NCBI GenBank assembly: GCA_963842945.1
Contig: CAWJIM010000016.1
Location: 1-64,000 of the forward strand
Length of the DNA stretch: 64,000 nt
Direction of reading: 5' to 3'
From: an uncultured Gemmatimonadales bacterium
GTDB taxonomy: Bacteria > Gemmatimonadota > Gemmatimonadetes > Gemmatimonadales > GWC2-71-9
Position numbers and translations under genes: made by a program. Within the stretch, counting starts at the first letter, position 1. Every line of letters starts with the position of its first letter. The notes under the pieces were generated by a model. It searched no databases. It saw only the letters and a list, made by a program, of their open reading frames with translations, and was not told where the DNA came from. Shown piece by piece: positions 42,202-52,844 of this stretch.

Positions 42202-42365
42202 GTCAGGGCACGATGCTCAAATCTAGCCTGTCTCGTTCGGGCCTCATCGGGCACGTCATCATGCACGGCGCCGCGGTCTTCCACGGGATAGAGAGCACTC
42301 CGCAGCTCCCGCCGCACTTCCCCCATTCAATGAGATAGGGGCGCGGCTCTAACCGAACCTGATCG

Positions 42366-42419
42366 TGAAGCAATCTTCATCGCGAGTTCACGCTGGCAGC
42401 GGGAAGCGGTCGCCATCTT
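42366..42419 (+). promoter_or_regulatory. regulon box upstream of nosZ
   Basis: TGAAG-caat-CTTCA-N6-GTTCA; CATCTT starts 39 nt after the first CTTCA, as at the other sites; third repeat degenerate. Confidence 0.7.
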
Positions 42420-42455
42420 CGGGAGTAGGTGATGCGTATTCCACAAGGAGAGAAG

Positions 42456-44445
42456 ATGAGTTCGATCCGCCATACCGCCCTCGCGGCCGCGCTGGTTGCT
42501 ATCGGAATTTCCGGCTGTAGTCACTCCGGGTCAGGCCGGGTAGGCGACACCGGGGATGCCGCCAAGCAGGTGTACGTAGGCCCCGGCAAATACGATGAGT
42601 TCTATGCCTTCATGTCGGGCGGCTTCGACGGGCAGGTCGGGGTGTACGGCCTGCCGTCGGGCCGGCTGCTCAAGCACGTGCCGGTGTTTTCCCAGAGTGC
42701 GGAGAACGGCTGGGGCTACAGCGAGCAGACCAAGCCGATGCTGGCCACCAGCTACGGGTTCGTGCCCTGGGACGATGCCCACCATCCCCAGCTCTCCCAG
42801 ACCAAGGGCATTGTTGATGGACGATGGCTCTTCATCAACGGCAACAACACTCCGCGCATCGCCCGGCTCGACCTGACCCGCTTCGAGACCGAGGAGATTC
42901 TCGAGATTCCCAACTCGGCCGGCAATCACAGCTCGCCGTTCGTCACCGAGAACAGTGAATACGTCGTGGCGGGAACGCGATTCAGCGTGCCATCGCCGCA
43001 GCGGGACGTGTCGATCGAGGAATACAAGGACGCCTTCAGCGGGGTGCTCAGCTTCGTGCGGGTGGACAGCGCCACCGGTCACATGCAGCTGGCCTTCCAG
43101 ATGAGACTCCCGGCCTTCGACTACGACTTGTCCCACTCGGGCAAGGGCCCGTCGCACGGCTGGTCGTTCTTCACCAGCTACAACAGCGAAGAGGGCAACT
43201 CCAAGCTCGAGGTCAGCGCCTCGCAGAAGGACAAGGACTACATCGCGGCGGTCAACTGGAGACGAGCGGAAGAATGTGTCGCCCAGAACAAGGCTAAGAC
43301 CGAACCGGCCCGCTACGCCCACAACCTGATGGGCGAGGACGGTATCGCCCGGACCGAGTGGGGCTCCAGCGTAACGATGCTGACTCCGGCCGGCTGCCCC
43401 GGGATGGTGTACTATCTCCCCACTCCCAAGTCGCCCCACGGGGTCGACGTGGATCCCACCGGCGAGCTCATCGTGGCCGGCGGCAAGCTCGCGACGGTGA
43501 TCCCGGTGCACTCCTTCAGCAAGATGCAGAAGGCCATCGCGGACCGCGCCTTCACCGGCGAGGTGCACGGAATCCCGGTGCTCAAGTACGAGGCGGTGGT
43601 GGCGGGAGAGGTGCAGAACCCGGGCCTGGGCCCCTTGCACACCGAGTTCGACGGCAAGGGAAACGCCTACACCTCGATGTTCCTCGCGTCCGAGATCGTG
43701 AAGTGGAGCCTCAAGGACTTCAAGGTGCTGGATCGGGCGCCCGACCTACTACTCGATCGGCCACCTGATGATCCCCGGAGGGGACAGCCGCAAGCCCTGG
43801 GGCAAGTACGTCCTGGCGCTGAACAAGATCACCAAGGACCGCTATCTCCCCACCGGTCCGGAGCTGGCCCAATCGGCCCAGCTGTACGACATCAGCGGCA
43901 GCCGGATGAAGCTGCTGCTGGATTTCCCGACCATCGGCGAGCCGCACTACGCGCAGGCCTTGCCCGCCGAGCTGATCCGCGAACGGCAGCTCAAAATGTA
44001 CTCGCTTAAGGACAACAAGGATCCGTTCGCTGTGCGCTCCGAGATGAAGACCAGAGTGGACCGGAAGGGCAACGTGGTTGACGTGCTATTGACGTCGGTG
44101 CGGAGCCACTTCATGCCCGACAAGATCGAAGGAATTCGCCTGGGCGACACCGTCTACTTCCATGTGACCAACCTGGAGCAGGACTGGGACGTACCTCACG
44201 GCTTCGCCATCACCGGAGCAAACAACTCCGAGCTGCTGATGATGCCGGGACAGACCCGTACCCTGATGTGGGTGCCCCAGCGGGTCGGCGTCTTCCCCTT
44301 CTACTGCACCGACTTCTGCTCGGCGCTGCACCAGGAGATGCAGGGGTATGTGCGGGTCTCGCCCCGCGGCTCGAAGGTGGAGCTGGCCTGGAACAGCCCG
44401 ACCTACAAGGGGTGGAGAGGTCGAGGAACTGAATCCGCGGAATGA
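42456..44445 (+). CDS. nosZ: clade II (Sec/lipoprotein) nitrous-oxide reductase (frameshift ~43742; extreme C-terminus uncertain)
   Basis: AAGGAG RBS; ISG-C lipobox, no RR motif; CuZ His motifs DAHH, GNHS, SPHG, GPLH, IGH, EPH; CuA motif CTDFCSALHQEM. Confidence 0.95.
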
Positions 44446-44486
44446 GGAGCATGAGCGGCGGGAGCACGGGGGAGGCTGGACGCCTA

Positions 44487-45124
44487 ATGCGGATGAGAAG
44501 GCGTCTCCCGCTGGACTATCGCAGCGGCATCGCTGATCCTGCTGGCGCTTTACCTGCTGCCGCTCTGGAAGATTCAGCTGCACGCGCCGCAGTATCCCGA
44601 AGGGCTGGGCCTCCGGATCTGGGTGGACCGGATCACCGGGGCTCCAGCCCAACGACCTGAACAGCATCAACAATCTGAACCATTACATCGGGATGCACGC
44701 CATCCATCCGGATGACTTTCCCGAGCTCAGGTTCATGCCCTGGGTCCTGGGCGGCTTCATCGGGCTGGGTCTGCTGGTGGCGCTTACCGGGATCCGGGGA
44801 GCCCTCTATGCCTGGCTTCAGTTAATCGTCCTGGGCGCGGTGGCCGGGCTGGCCGACTTCTACCGCTGGGGCTACGCCTACGGCCACGAGCTGGACGAGC
44901 ACGCGGCCATCAAGGTACCCGGCATGAGCTACCAGCCACCGGTGATCGGATCCAAGCAGCTGCTCAACTTCCACGCGTCATCCTGGCCCGACCTGGGCGC
45001 CTGGGTCGTGGTTCTGGTCCTCGGCATCGGCCTGACGGTGGCTTGGCTCGAGTGGCGGAGGGCGCGTCGAAGCTCGCCGGCTTCGTTGGCTCTCGACCGG
45101 CCCACTCTGCGGGTGACCGCTTGA
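44487..45124 (+). CDS. nosB: NosB membrane protein (frameshifted)
   Basis: PLWKIQLHAPQYPEGLG, NNLNHYIGM, YQPPVIGSKQLLNF; located between nosZ and nosD. Confidence 0.85.
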
Positions 45125-46360
45125 GGCTGACTCTCGCTTCCCTTCTGGCCTGCTGGCTGGCGAATGCCGCCTCGGCGCAGTCGCCCTTGGTCGTGGTCGA
45201 CCCTGGCGGCCCGGTCACCACGCTCACCCAGGCGCTGAGGCTGGCCCCGCGACACGGGCGGATTCTGGTGCGGGCCGGTACCTATCGCGAGCCGAGGCTG
45301 CTGGTGGATCGGCCAGTGACGATCGAGGGAGAGGGCTGGCCTGTGTTCGTCGGCGGCGATCACGAGGTCTTCACCGTTACCGCGGACAGCGTCACCATCC
45401 GCGAGCTTGCGATCAGCCGGATCGTGGCCACTGGAGCGGAAGACCGGGCAGCGATCCGGCTTTCCGGTGTCCGCCACTGCAGGGTGGAGAACACCAGGCT
45501 GGACGACACCTTCTTCGGCATCTATCTGGCCAAGTCAGCAGACTGCCTGCTTGAGGGAAACATCATCCGGGGCCGGGCGAAGACTCAGGGGCTTGCCGGG
45601 AACGCCATTCACTCCTGGAACTCGAGCCACCTCACCATCCGGAACAACTAACCTCACCGGTCACCGGGACGGCATTTATCTCGAGTTCACCACTGCGTCG
45701 ACTATCCAGAACAACCGAAGCTCGGGAAATCTGCGCTATGGCCTTCACTTCATGTTTTCCCATCACTGCGACTACACCGGGAACTCGTTTGTGAAGAAAC
45801 CGGGGCGGGGTCGCCGTGATGTATAGCGACTCGGTCACCATGCGGCAGAACCGGTTCGAGGCCAGCTGGGCTCGGCGGCCTACGGCCTCCTGCTCAAGGA
45901 GCTCAAGGACAGCCGGATCGAGGACAACCAGTTCACCGCAAATACGGTGGCGCTCTGGACCGAGGGCACCAGCCGGGTCATGGTGAGCGGCAACCGGTTC
46001 GTGAATAACGGGTGGGCCATCCGGGTGCTGGGCGACGCATCGGACAACGTCTTCCGGCGGAATCGCTTCGCGGCAAACTCGTTCGACGTGGGAGCCACCG
46101 AGGGCCACAGCGACAATCTGTTCCTGGAGAACTACTGGGACCGCTACCGGGGCTACGACCTGGATCGCGACGGATTCGGCGACGTGCCGTTTCAGCCGGT
46201 CACCCTGTTCGCCTTCCTGGTCCAGCAGAGCCCGCCGACTCTGATCTTGCTCCACAGCTTCTTCATCGACCTGCTGGATCTGGCGGAGCGGGCGCTGCCG
46301 GCGCTGGCGCCGGAAACGCTGCTCGATCCGCATCCGCTGATGCAGTGGAGCAGCTCATGA
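45121..46360 (+). CDS. nosD: NosD periplasmic maturation protein (frameshifts ~45648, ~45800, ~45870)
   Basis: Beta-helix repeats, RYGLHFMFS, NYWD.Y.GYDLDRDGFGDVP. Confidence 0.9.
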
Positions 46361-46384
46361 CAGCGATGAGGATCGAGATGTCGC

Positions 46385-47132
46385 ATGCCAAACTATCCCT
46401 CGACCTCGCCCGGCCTGGCGCTGGAGTTGCAGGAGGTCAGCAAACGGTTCGGTCGGAACCGGGTGCTCGATCAGGTGAGCTTCGAGGTTCGCCCTGGCCG
46501 GGTAAGTGCCATCCTGGGTCCCAACGCGGCGGGCAAGTCCACTGCCATGAAGATCGTTTTGGGACTGGTGCGCCCGGACAGCGGCCGGGTCCTGGTTAAC
46601 GGCATTCCTGCCGGCGGACGACCCCGAGTACCGATCCAGTATCGCGTATATGCCTCAAAACGCCCGCTTCCCCGATAACCTGACCGGGCATGAGGTGGTC
46701 CGCCATGCTGCGCGACCTCCGGCGCGGACAAGTTCCGGGGACGACCGGCTGTTTCAGGAGCTCGGGGTTGACGATGCAGCTGGGCAAGCCAATCCGAACG
46801 CTCTCGGTGGGTACCAGGCAGAAGCTCAATGCCGCCATCGCGTTCATGTTTCGGCCCTCTCTCCTGATCCTGGACGAACCCACGGCGAGCCTCGATCCGG
46901 TGGCCAGCAACGTGCTCAAGACCCGGATTTCCGAGAGCCCGGAATGAGGGGTCCACCGTCGTTACTCACCTCTCACGTGCTGGCCGAGGTGGAGGAGCTG
47001 GCCGACGACGTGGTCCTGCTGCTGGAGGGCAAGGTCGCCTTTGCCGGAACTCTCCGGCATCTGGAGCAGATGACCGGGGAGCCACGGCTGGAGCGCGCGG
47101 TGGCCTGTCTGATGAAGCGAGTGGCGTCATGA
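46385..47132 (+). CDS. nosF: NosF ABC ATPase (frameshifted)
   Basis: GPNAAGKST, LSVGTRQK, LILDEPT, TSH. Confidence 0.85.
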
Positions 47133-47915
47133 GCGCGGGACTGATCGTGCTGAAGCACCAGGTCAACAATCTGCGGCGCAGCCGCTGGCTGCCGGGCTAT
47201 GTGCTGGTGCTGGTGGTGCTCACCGACTCGCTGCTCCGCTTCGGCGGCGCTGGTCCCCAGACGGTCGTGAGTCTGCTGAATGTGGTGCTGATCGTGGTCC
47301 CCCTGGTGAGCCTGGTGTTCGGGACCCTCCACCTATATGGAGCTCGCGAGTTCGCCGAGCTGATTCTGGCCTAGCTGGTGGGACGAGGATCGCTCTATGC
47401 GGGCCTCGACGGGGGTTTGCGCTGCCGCTGGCAGCCGGATTTACGGCCGGCGTCGGCCTGCCCTTCCTCTGGGGCGGGGGTGATCAGGACCGGCGGGCCG
47501 CTGGGGATTCTGCTTCTGGCCGGCGTCATGCTGACCCTGGTCTTCAGCGGTCTCGCCTTCCTGATCGCCCTCACTTTCGACGACAAGGCCCGCGGCCTCG
47601 GCGCGTCCCTCGTGATCTGGCTGGGCATCACCGCGCTGTACGACGGCTTTCTCCTCTTCGTGATCGGCGCCTTTGCCGACCGGCCGCTGGAGCTGCCGCT
47701 GATTGGACTGACTCTGCTGAATCCGGTGGACCTGGCGCGCATACTCATTCTGCTCCGGCTGGATACCGCGGTGTTGATGGGGTATACCGGAGCAGTGTTC
47801 GAGAGATTCTTCGGAGGATCAGCAGGCCTGGTCGTAGCGGCTCTGGCGCTGCTGGGCTGGGTGGCCTTGCCCTTCGGGGCGGGGACTGAGACGTTTCCGC
47901 CGCAAAGATCTCTGA
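47129..47915 (+). CDS. nosY: NosY ABC permease (in-frame TAG 47372-47374 and frameshifts)
   Basis: LLNPVDLARILILL.LD..VLMGYTGA; ends RRKDL*. Confidence 0.8.
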
Positions 47916-47942
47916 AGCGGAAATCTTCGAGGAACCCAGAGA

Positions 47943-48939
47943 ATGAGCCTCAGCGAGAACCCCTGGGAAGTCTCCGAGCAGGATTTCCCCTACGACGCAG
48001 ATATCGAAGACCAGCTTCGGTTTCTGCTCCGCTTTGCCATCCTGGCGCCGTCCGCTAGAAATTCCCAGCCCTGGTCCTTCAGGGTGAGAGGCAACAGGGT
48101 GTTGCTGCTGGCCGATTTTGCCCGAAGCCAGCCAGTGTCGGACCCCAACCGCCGTGAACTCTACATTGCATTGGCATGCGCCCTGGAAGATCTGCTCTGT
48201 TGCCGCCGAGCACCTCGGCTTTGAGCACTCTGTGGCTTACTTCCCTCGCCCGGGACAGCAGGATCTTGCCGCGATGATCGCTTTCCGGCCGGGCGGCACT
48301 GTCTCTCCAGCGCGTAGCGGAACGACCCTGGATGCAGTCCGCCGACGGCGGAATGAGACCGGACTGGTTCCACTCCACACCGGTTCCGACGCAGCTGCAG
48401 GAGCGGCTCACCGGCTGCTGCGTCGAACCTGACCTGGTGGTGAACCTGAGCGAGGATACCCTGTTCCATCGATGGATCGATGCGCTCACCATGGCATCCG
48501 ACCGGGCCGATCTGGCCAATCCGGCCTTTCGAATGGAGCTGCAGTACTGGAGGAGCCTCAGCGTCTTTGGCAGTCGGTTGGAACAAGGGCTGGCCAGTAC
48601 TGGCAAGCTCCCCATGAACCGGGAGGCGGTGGCGGTGCTGGATCATCTCGAGGTGGAGAGCGCTCCTGTAATCGGCCTCATCCGGGGCGCCGGTGACACT
48701 CACCTTATCCACCTCAAAACCGGACAAGTCTTCGAGCGGCTCTGGCTCACTGGCACTGCGCTGGGTGTCGGCATCAACCCCATGAGCCAGATGATGCGCC
48801 GGCCGGAGTGAGATCGACGGTGAGGGAGCTGATGCCGTCGGTGGGCTGGGACCCTCAGCACCTGTTCCGGGTCGGCTACTCCAGCAACGACCCGGAGCCG
48901 CGCGCTCCCCGGCGATCACTGGAAGACGTGCTGTTGTAG
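47943..48939 (+). CDS. Acg-family FMN-binding nitroreductase (frameshifted)
   Basis: APSARNSQPWSF, DP.RRELYI, GQVFERLWL, PQHLFRVGY, RRSLEDVL. Confidence 0.82.
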
Positions 48940-48967
48940 CTGAGCCGAAAGGGATACTTGGCCCGTG

Positions 48968-49804
48968 CTAGACAGCGCTCGGTTGGAGCGACTTGACGGA
49001 GAGCCTTCGACCAGGGGCACCGCCGACGGCAGCGACCAGAAGCCACATCGTGGCCGCTGAGGCTAGAGGGATCATCAGAAGGCGTGCACCGGTAAGCCCC
49101 GGCTGGGTAAAGACGATCGATACGAAGGAGACCGCTGCGTGCATGAGCATCACCAGCGGCAGGCTCCGGGTTCGCTCGTGGAGCTCAATCAGGAGCACGC
49201 GAAACGGCGGCAGCCAGGCGAACAGGCGCGTCAGCAGAATTGTGAACGGGAGGGTCGCGGAGAAACTGTCAACTTCCCAGAAAAGCGGGAAATGCCATGC
49301 GCCCCACACCGCACCGACCGCGAGTCCGGTCATCAGGATGGAATGACGCCTGCGCAGGTGGGGAACGGCAAAGCCAGTCCAGCCGCTCTCCTCGAAAGCG
49401 CCGACCATCAAGCTTGGGCCGATGGCGCCAATCAGGATCGCGCCTCTGTTCTCCGCGGCAAGGATGGCGGGGCGGAATTCGGAGGAGATCATCGATAGCA
49501 GCAGCGTCGTTCCGGTGATCGCCAGAGCGGGCAGGAGCGCCAAGGCGTACGCGCCAGGGGAAACACGCCAGTGGCCCAGCCGCGCCAGAAACTCTCTGAT
49601 GCCGGGAATCCCGTCGGTGAGCGCTATCATCAGAATGCCCGCCACGCTGGGTCCGGCTATGATCGCCAGGTAGACCATGGGTCCCAGGCTGGCGAATCGC
49701 TCGGCGCTCGGCGGAAAATCTCCCGGGGCGAGAATAAGGAGGCCGCCCCAGGAGAAGAGGAACACAAGACCGAAGTAGATCAGTACCGAGTGCCTCGGAC
49801 CCAT
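48968..49804 (-). CDS. CPBP/Abi intramembrane protease
   Basis: EESGWTG, WGAWHFP, MHAAV. Confidence 0.88.
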   Translation of the reverse strand: MGPRHSVLIYFGLVFLFSWGGLLILAPGDFPPSAERFASLGPMVYLAIIAGPSVAGILMIALTDGIPGIREFLARLGHWRVSPGAYALALLPALAITGTTLLLSMISSEFRPAILAAENRGAILIGAIGPSLMVGAFEESGWTGFAVPHLRRRHSILMTGLAVGAVWGAWHFPLFWEVDSFSATLPFTILLTRLFAWLPPFRVLLIELHERTRSLPLVMLMHAAVSFVSIVFTQPGLTGARLLMIPLASAATMWLLVAAVGGAPGRRLSVKSLQPSAV

Positions 49805-49822
49805 TTGGCGTTGCCAACGCTG

Positions 49823-50914
49823 CTACGGGGTGTACTGCAGGTTGTTCCCCGGCACCGTTCCGCCGACCAGCTCGATCCGCGGCTGGCCCTTGAGCAGCAC
49901 CGTCGTAGCGGCGAGACCGGTGCGGGGGGCCGGCAGCGAGGCCACCGGAGTCCACAGGTCCGTGGCTGGATCGTATACGATGGTCTTGTCGATGGTCTCG
50001 GATCCGCCAAGAGCGGGGTTGTACCGTCTGCCACCGATGACGTACAGCTTGCCTCCCAGCACCGCCGTGGCTGCGCCGGGACGGGCAAATCCCAGGGCGT
50101 TCCTTGGCGTCCACTGGTTGGTGGCGGGATCATAGACGCTGAATCTCGAGTCCTCCCCATATCCGGCCATCACATAGAACTTCCCCGCAATGACCCCGCC
50201 CGCGTACGGTGAATAGGAAAACTCCGTAAAGGGAGAGGGCAGCGTGGTCCACCGGTCGGTGACCGGGTTGTACCGGAAAAAGAAGGGAGCTAGATGCTCG
50301 CTGCATCCCTCAGAGAAAGGGTCCCCCGGAAAGGAGGTGAAGCACGCTGTGACCACGTACAGCTTACCGCTGATCACGCCGGTCACGCCGCCGGCACCCA
50401 CCCTGTAGCGATCGCCCCCCTGGGTAAGTGGGATCTCCGGCATATCCCGCTTCCGGGTCCAGGCATTGGTAGCGGGATCGTACATATAGAGGGCGCTGGT
50501 CACAAAGTCATAGCGGGTTTCAAAGTACCCGCCGGAGACGTAAATCCTTCCGTTGATAACGCCGGCACCATTGGAACCGGCCAGAGGAACCGGCAGCGAA
50601 CGCCGGAAGGTCCAGGTATTGGTCGCGACGTTATACGCCGTCACCTTGCTGAGCGGGATCCGACTGGAGTTGCGGCCGCCGATGGCGTACACCATTGATT
50701 GCCCCGCGGCATTGGTCACCGTGGCCGCCGCCAGCTCGGTCCGGCTCGCGGGCATGTTGGCCAGGGTGGTCCAGCTGCCGGCCAGGACCTTCTCGGGGCC
50801 GGCCGGCGCAGGCTGAGCCGCCCCGGTGGCCTCGGTGGGCGCATCGTTGCCGCAGGCGGCAAGCCAAAAGGTGCTGAGCACCAGCGCGCCGGGCAGCAGT
50901 GAAGGGTATCTCAT
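49823..50914 (-). CDS. Kelch-repeat lipoprotein
   Basis: LAA-C lipobox; multiple YxxGG...YDPATNxW blades. Confidence 0.9.
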   Translation of the reverse strand: MRYPSLLPGALVLSTFWLAACGNDAPTEATGAAQPAPAGPEKVLAGSWTTLANMPASRTELAAATVTNAAGQSMVYAIGGRNSSRIPLSKVTAYNVATNTWTFRRSLPVPLAGSNGAGVINGRIYVSGGYFETRYDFVTSALYMYDPATNAWTRKRDMPEIPLTQGGDRYRVGAGGVTGVISGKLYVVTACFTSFPGDPFSEGCSEHLAPFFFRYNPVTDRWTTLPSPFTEFSYSPYAGGVIAGKFYVMAGYGEDSRFSVYDPATNQWTPRNALGFARPGAATAVLGGKLYVIGGRRYNPALGGSETIDKTIVYDPATDLWTPVASLPAPRTGLAATTVLLKGQPRIELVGGTVPGNNLQYTP

Positions 50915-50953
50915 TGGGCCTCTCCCTATCTTGGAGGATCAGGATGATGCCCT

Positions 50954-51007
50954 ACTCTACAACCAAGGTCTGGAGAGGACGGTGAGATCGGGGTGAAGAA
51001 GTCTTAA
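50954..51007 (-). promoter_or_regulatory. regulon box upstream of Kelch-CPBP operon
   Basis: TTAAG-N4-CTTCA-N6-TCTCA-N6-TCTCC-N12-TAGAGT on the minus strand. Confidence 0.65.
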
Positions 51008-51643
51008 CCCAACCGGAAGGGCGGATACTCGATCCGTCGTCAGAAGAAAGGCGTAGGCGTTTACCCTGAGCCCGTAGCGCAATACCCCGACGACGAAGTC
51101 GAAGAGTCCCGGTGGATACCGGCCGGTCAGCAGGATGGCAAACCAGGCCAGGATGACTGCGACTACCGCCGCCACGCCCAGGAAACAAAGAACGATGTAG
51201 TGCGGAATGGCCAGAAACCATTTGACCAGCGGAAGCCACCGACTCAGCTCCGTCGCGTCGGGATACGGTATCCAGACGTGCACCCCTTGCTCTTCGTCGG
51301 TCGAGGGATATTCGTCCCGCAGGAGCGCGAGGTAAGCCGCCACCCGGGTACTGAACCTGGTCAGCTCCAGGTTCCAGTCAAACCACCACCGGGGATATTT
51401 CTGCCGGAACAGCAACATCAGCATGGTCGGGAGGACCACAATTCCCCCGATGACGAAGACCGCTTGGTCCGACTGGTGATGCACGACCGGTCCGGACAAG
51501 AGACCCAGGATGACCCCGATGGGGATCACCAGGAAAATCCGGAAAAACGTCGTTTTCCAGTTCAGCTCTCGATCGGGATACTCGACCTCCAGCTCTGCCG
51601 GATAACCGTCAGTACCCTGGCTAATGAGCGGAATTCCATTCAT
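51004..51643 (-). CDS. DUF4389 membrane protein (last codons frameshifted; likely ends YPPFRLG*)
   Basis: Two repeats: KYPRWWFD...RDEYP and LAIPHYIVL...TGRYP..LFDF. Confidence 0.85.
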
Positions 51644-51671
51644 TGTGCCCCCCTGGTGTGGACTGATCCAC

Positions 51672-51726
51672 AAGCTTGGGCGAAGCGGCTGAAGAAACCG
51701 TGAAGTGCGGCAGAAAGCCGGCTTAA
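51672..51726 (-). promoter_or_regulatory. regulon box upstream of DUF4389 (divergent from ackA)
   Basis: TTAAG-N5-TTTCT-N6-CTTCA-N6-CTTCA-N12-AAGCTT on the minus strand. Confidence 0.55.
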
Positions 51727-51743
51727 CGCCCGGACGAGGCTCC

Positions 51744-52817
51744 ATGGTCATTCTGGTGATCAACTGCGGCAGCACCACGCTCAAGTACCGGCTCTTCCAG
51801 GCCAATGGCGCCGAGCTGACCGCGGTGGCGTCCGGTGCCGCGGAAATCAGGCTGGGTTACCGGGAGGCTGTGGCCCGCACCCTCCAGTCCTTGCCGAAAG
51901 TACCAGAGGCGATTGCCCACAGGGTAGTGCACGGCGGGAACCGGCTGACCGGCGTGGTACAGGTGGATGTCGGGGTGCTGAACCAGTTGCGCGAGCTCGA
52001 CTCTCTCGCTCCACTGCACAACCGCCCAGCCCTGGAAGGGATTGAGGCCACGCTCGCGCTCGGAGTCCCACTCCTGGCCGCTTTCGACACTGCATTTCAC
52101 CGAACCCTGCCGGCTCGGGCCTGGCGTTATGCCGTTCCAGCCCCGGAGCAGGTGCGGCGTTACGGGTTTCACGGGTGGTCCCACCAATCGGTCATGGAGC
52201 AGTACGCCCAACTCTCCGGCCACCCCCACCCCACGATGATCAGCCTGCACCTGGGGAGTGGTTGCTCCGCCACTGCCATCGAGCGGGGCAGATCGGTGGA
52301 TACCTCGATGGGATTCACGCCCCTGGAAGGGCTCGTGATGGGCACGCGGCCAGGCGATTTGGACTCGGGGGTCCTAACCCATCTGATGGCACAGGGCATG
52401 ACCTTGAACCAGCTGCGGCACCTGCTCTACCACGAATCGGGCCTCAGGGCAATTGCCGGAACCGACGACATGCGTGAGCTGCTGGGGAGAAACGATGAGG
52501 CGGCGCTGCTCGCGGTTGAGATCTTCTGCTACCGGGTGCTCAAGTACGTGGGTGCCTACCTGGCCATTCTGGGGGGAGCCGAGGCAATCGTGTTTACCGG
52601 TGGGATCGGCGAGCACTCGCCCGAGATCCGCCGCCGGGTATGTGATGGACTCAAGTGGCTGGGACTCACGCTGGACCAGCAGGCGAACGGCCGCGGTAAT
52701 CGCCGGATCTCCACGGCGGCGTCCAGTCTCGGCGTGTTCGTCCTCCCGGCGGAGGAAGAACGGGTGATCGCGCGTGAGGCCTGCGCCGTCCTAAGGCGAG
52801 ACGGCGCGACGGGCTGA
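51744..52817 (+). CDS. ackA: acetate kinase
   Basis: NCGSTTLK, HRVVHGG, APLHN, FDTAFH, RRYGFHG.SH, HLGSG, TSMGFTPLEG, FTGGIGE. Confidence 0.95.
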   Translation: MVILVINCGSTTLKYRLFQANGAELTAVASGAAEIRLGYREAVARTLQSLPKVPEAIAHRVVHGGNRLTGVVQVDVGVLNQLRELDSLAPLHNRPALEGIEATLALGVPLLAAFDTAFHRTLPARAWRYAVPAPEQVRRYGFHGWSHQSVMEQYAQLSGHPHPTMISLHLGSGCSATAIERGRSVDTSMGFTPLEGLVMGTRPGDLDSGVLTHLMAQGMTLNQLRHLLYHESGLRAIAGTDDMRELLGRNDEAALLAVEIFCYRVLKYVGAYLAILGGAEAIVFTGGIGEHSPEIRRRVCDGLKWLGLTLDQQANGRGNRRISTAASSLGVFVLPAEEERVIAREACAVLRRDGATG

Positions 52818-52844
52818 CCGGCCGCGCCTTCTGCCGGTGTACTT

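Noticed and set aside
42201..42372. Cys-rich short minus-strand frame between CBS and nosZ as a missing cytochrome or chaperone
   Set aside because: No CxxCH, no RBS, only a TTG start inside the regulatory box.
42366..42379. TGAAG-N4-CTTCA as an FNR/Dnr or Rex site
   Set aside because: Half-site spacing is TGA-N8-TCA, versus TGA-N6-TCA for FNR and Rex; the additional 11-bp direct repeats fit the OmpR family better.
47913..47929. TGAAG...CTTCG before the Acg gene as a regulon box
   Set aside because: Spacer is 7 nt, there are no phased repeats, and the TGA is the nosY stop codon.
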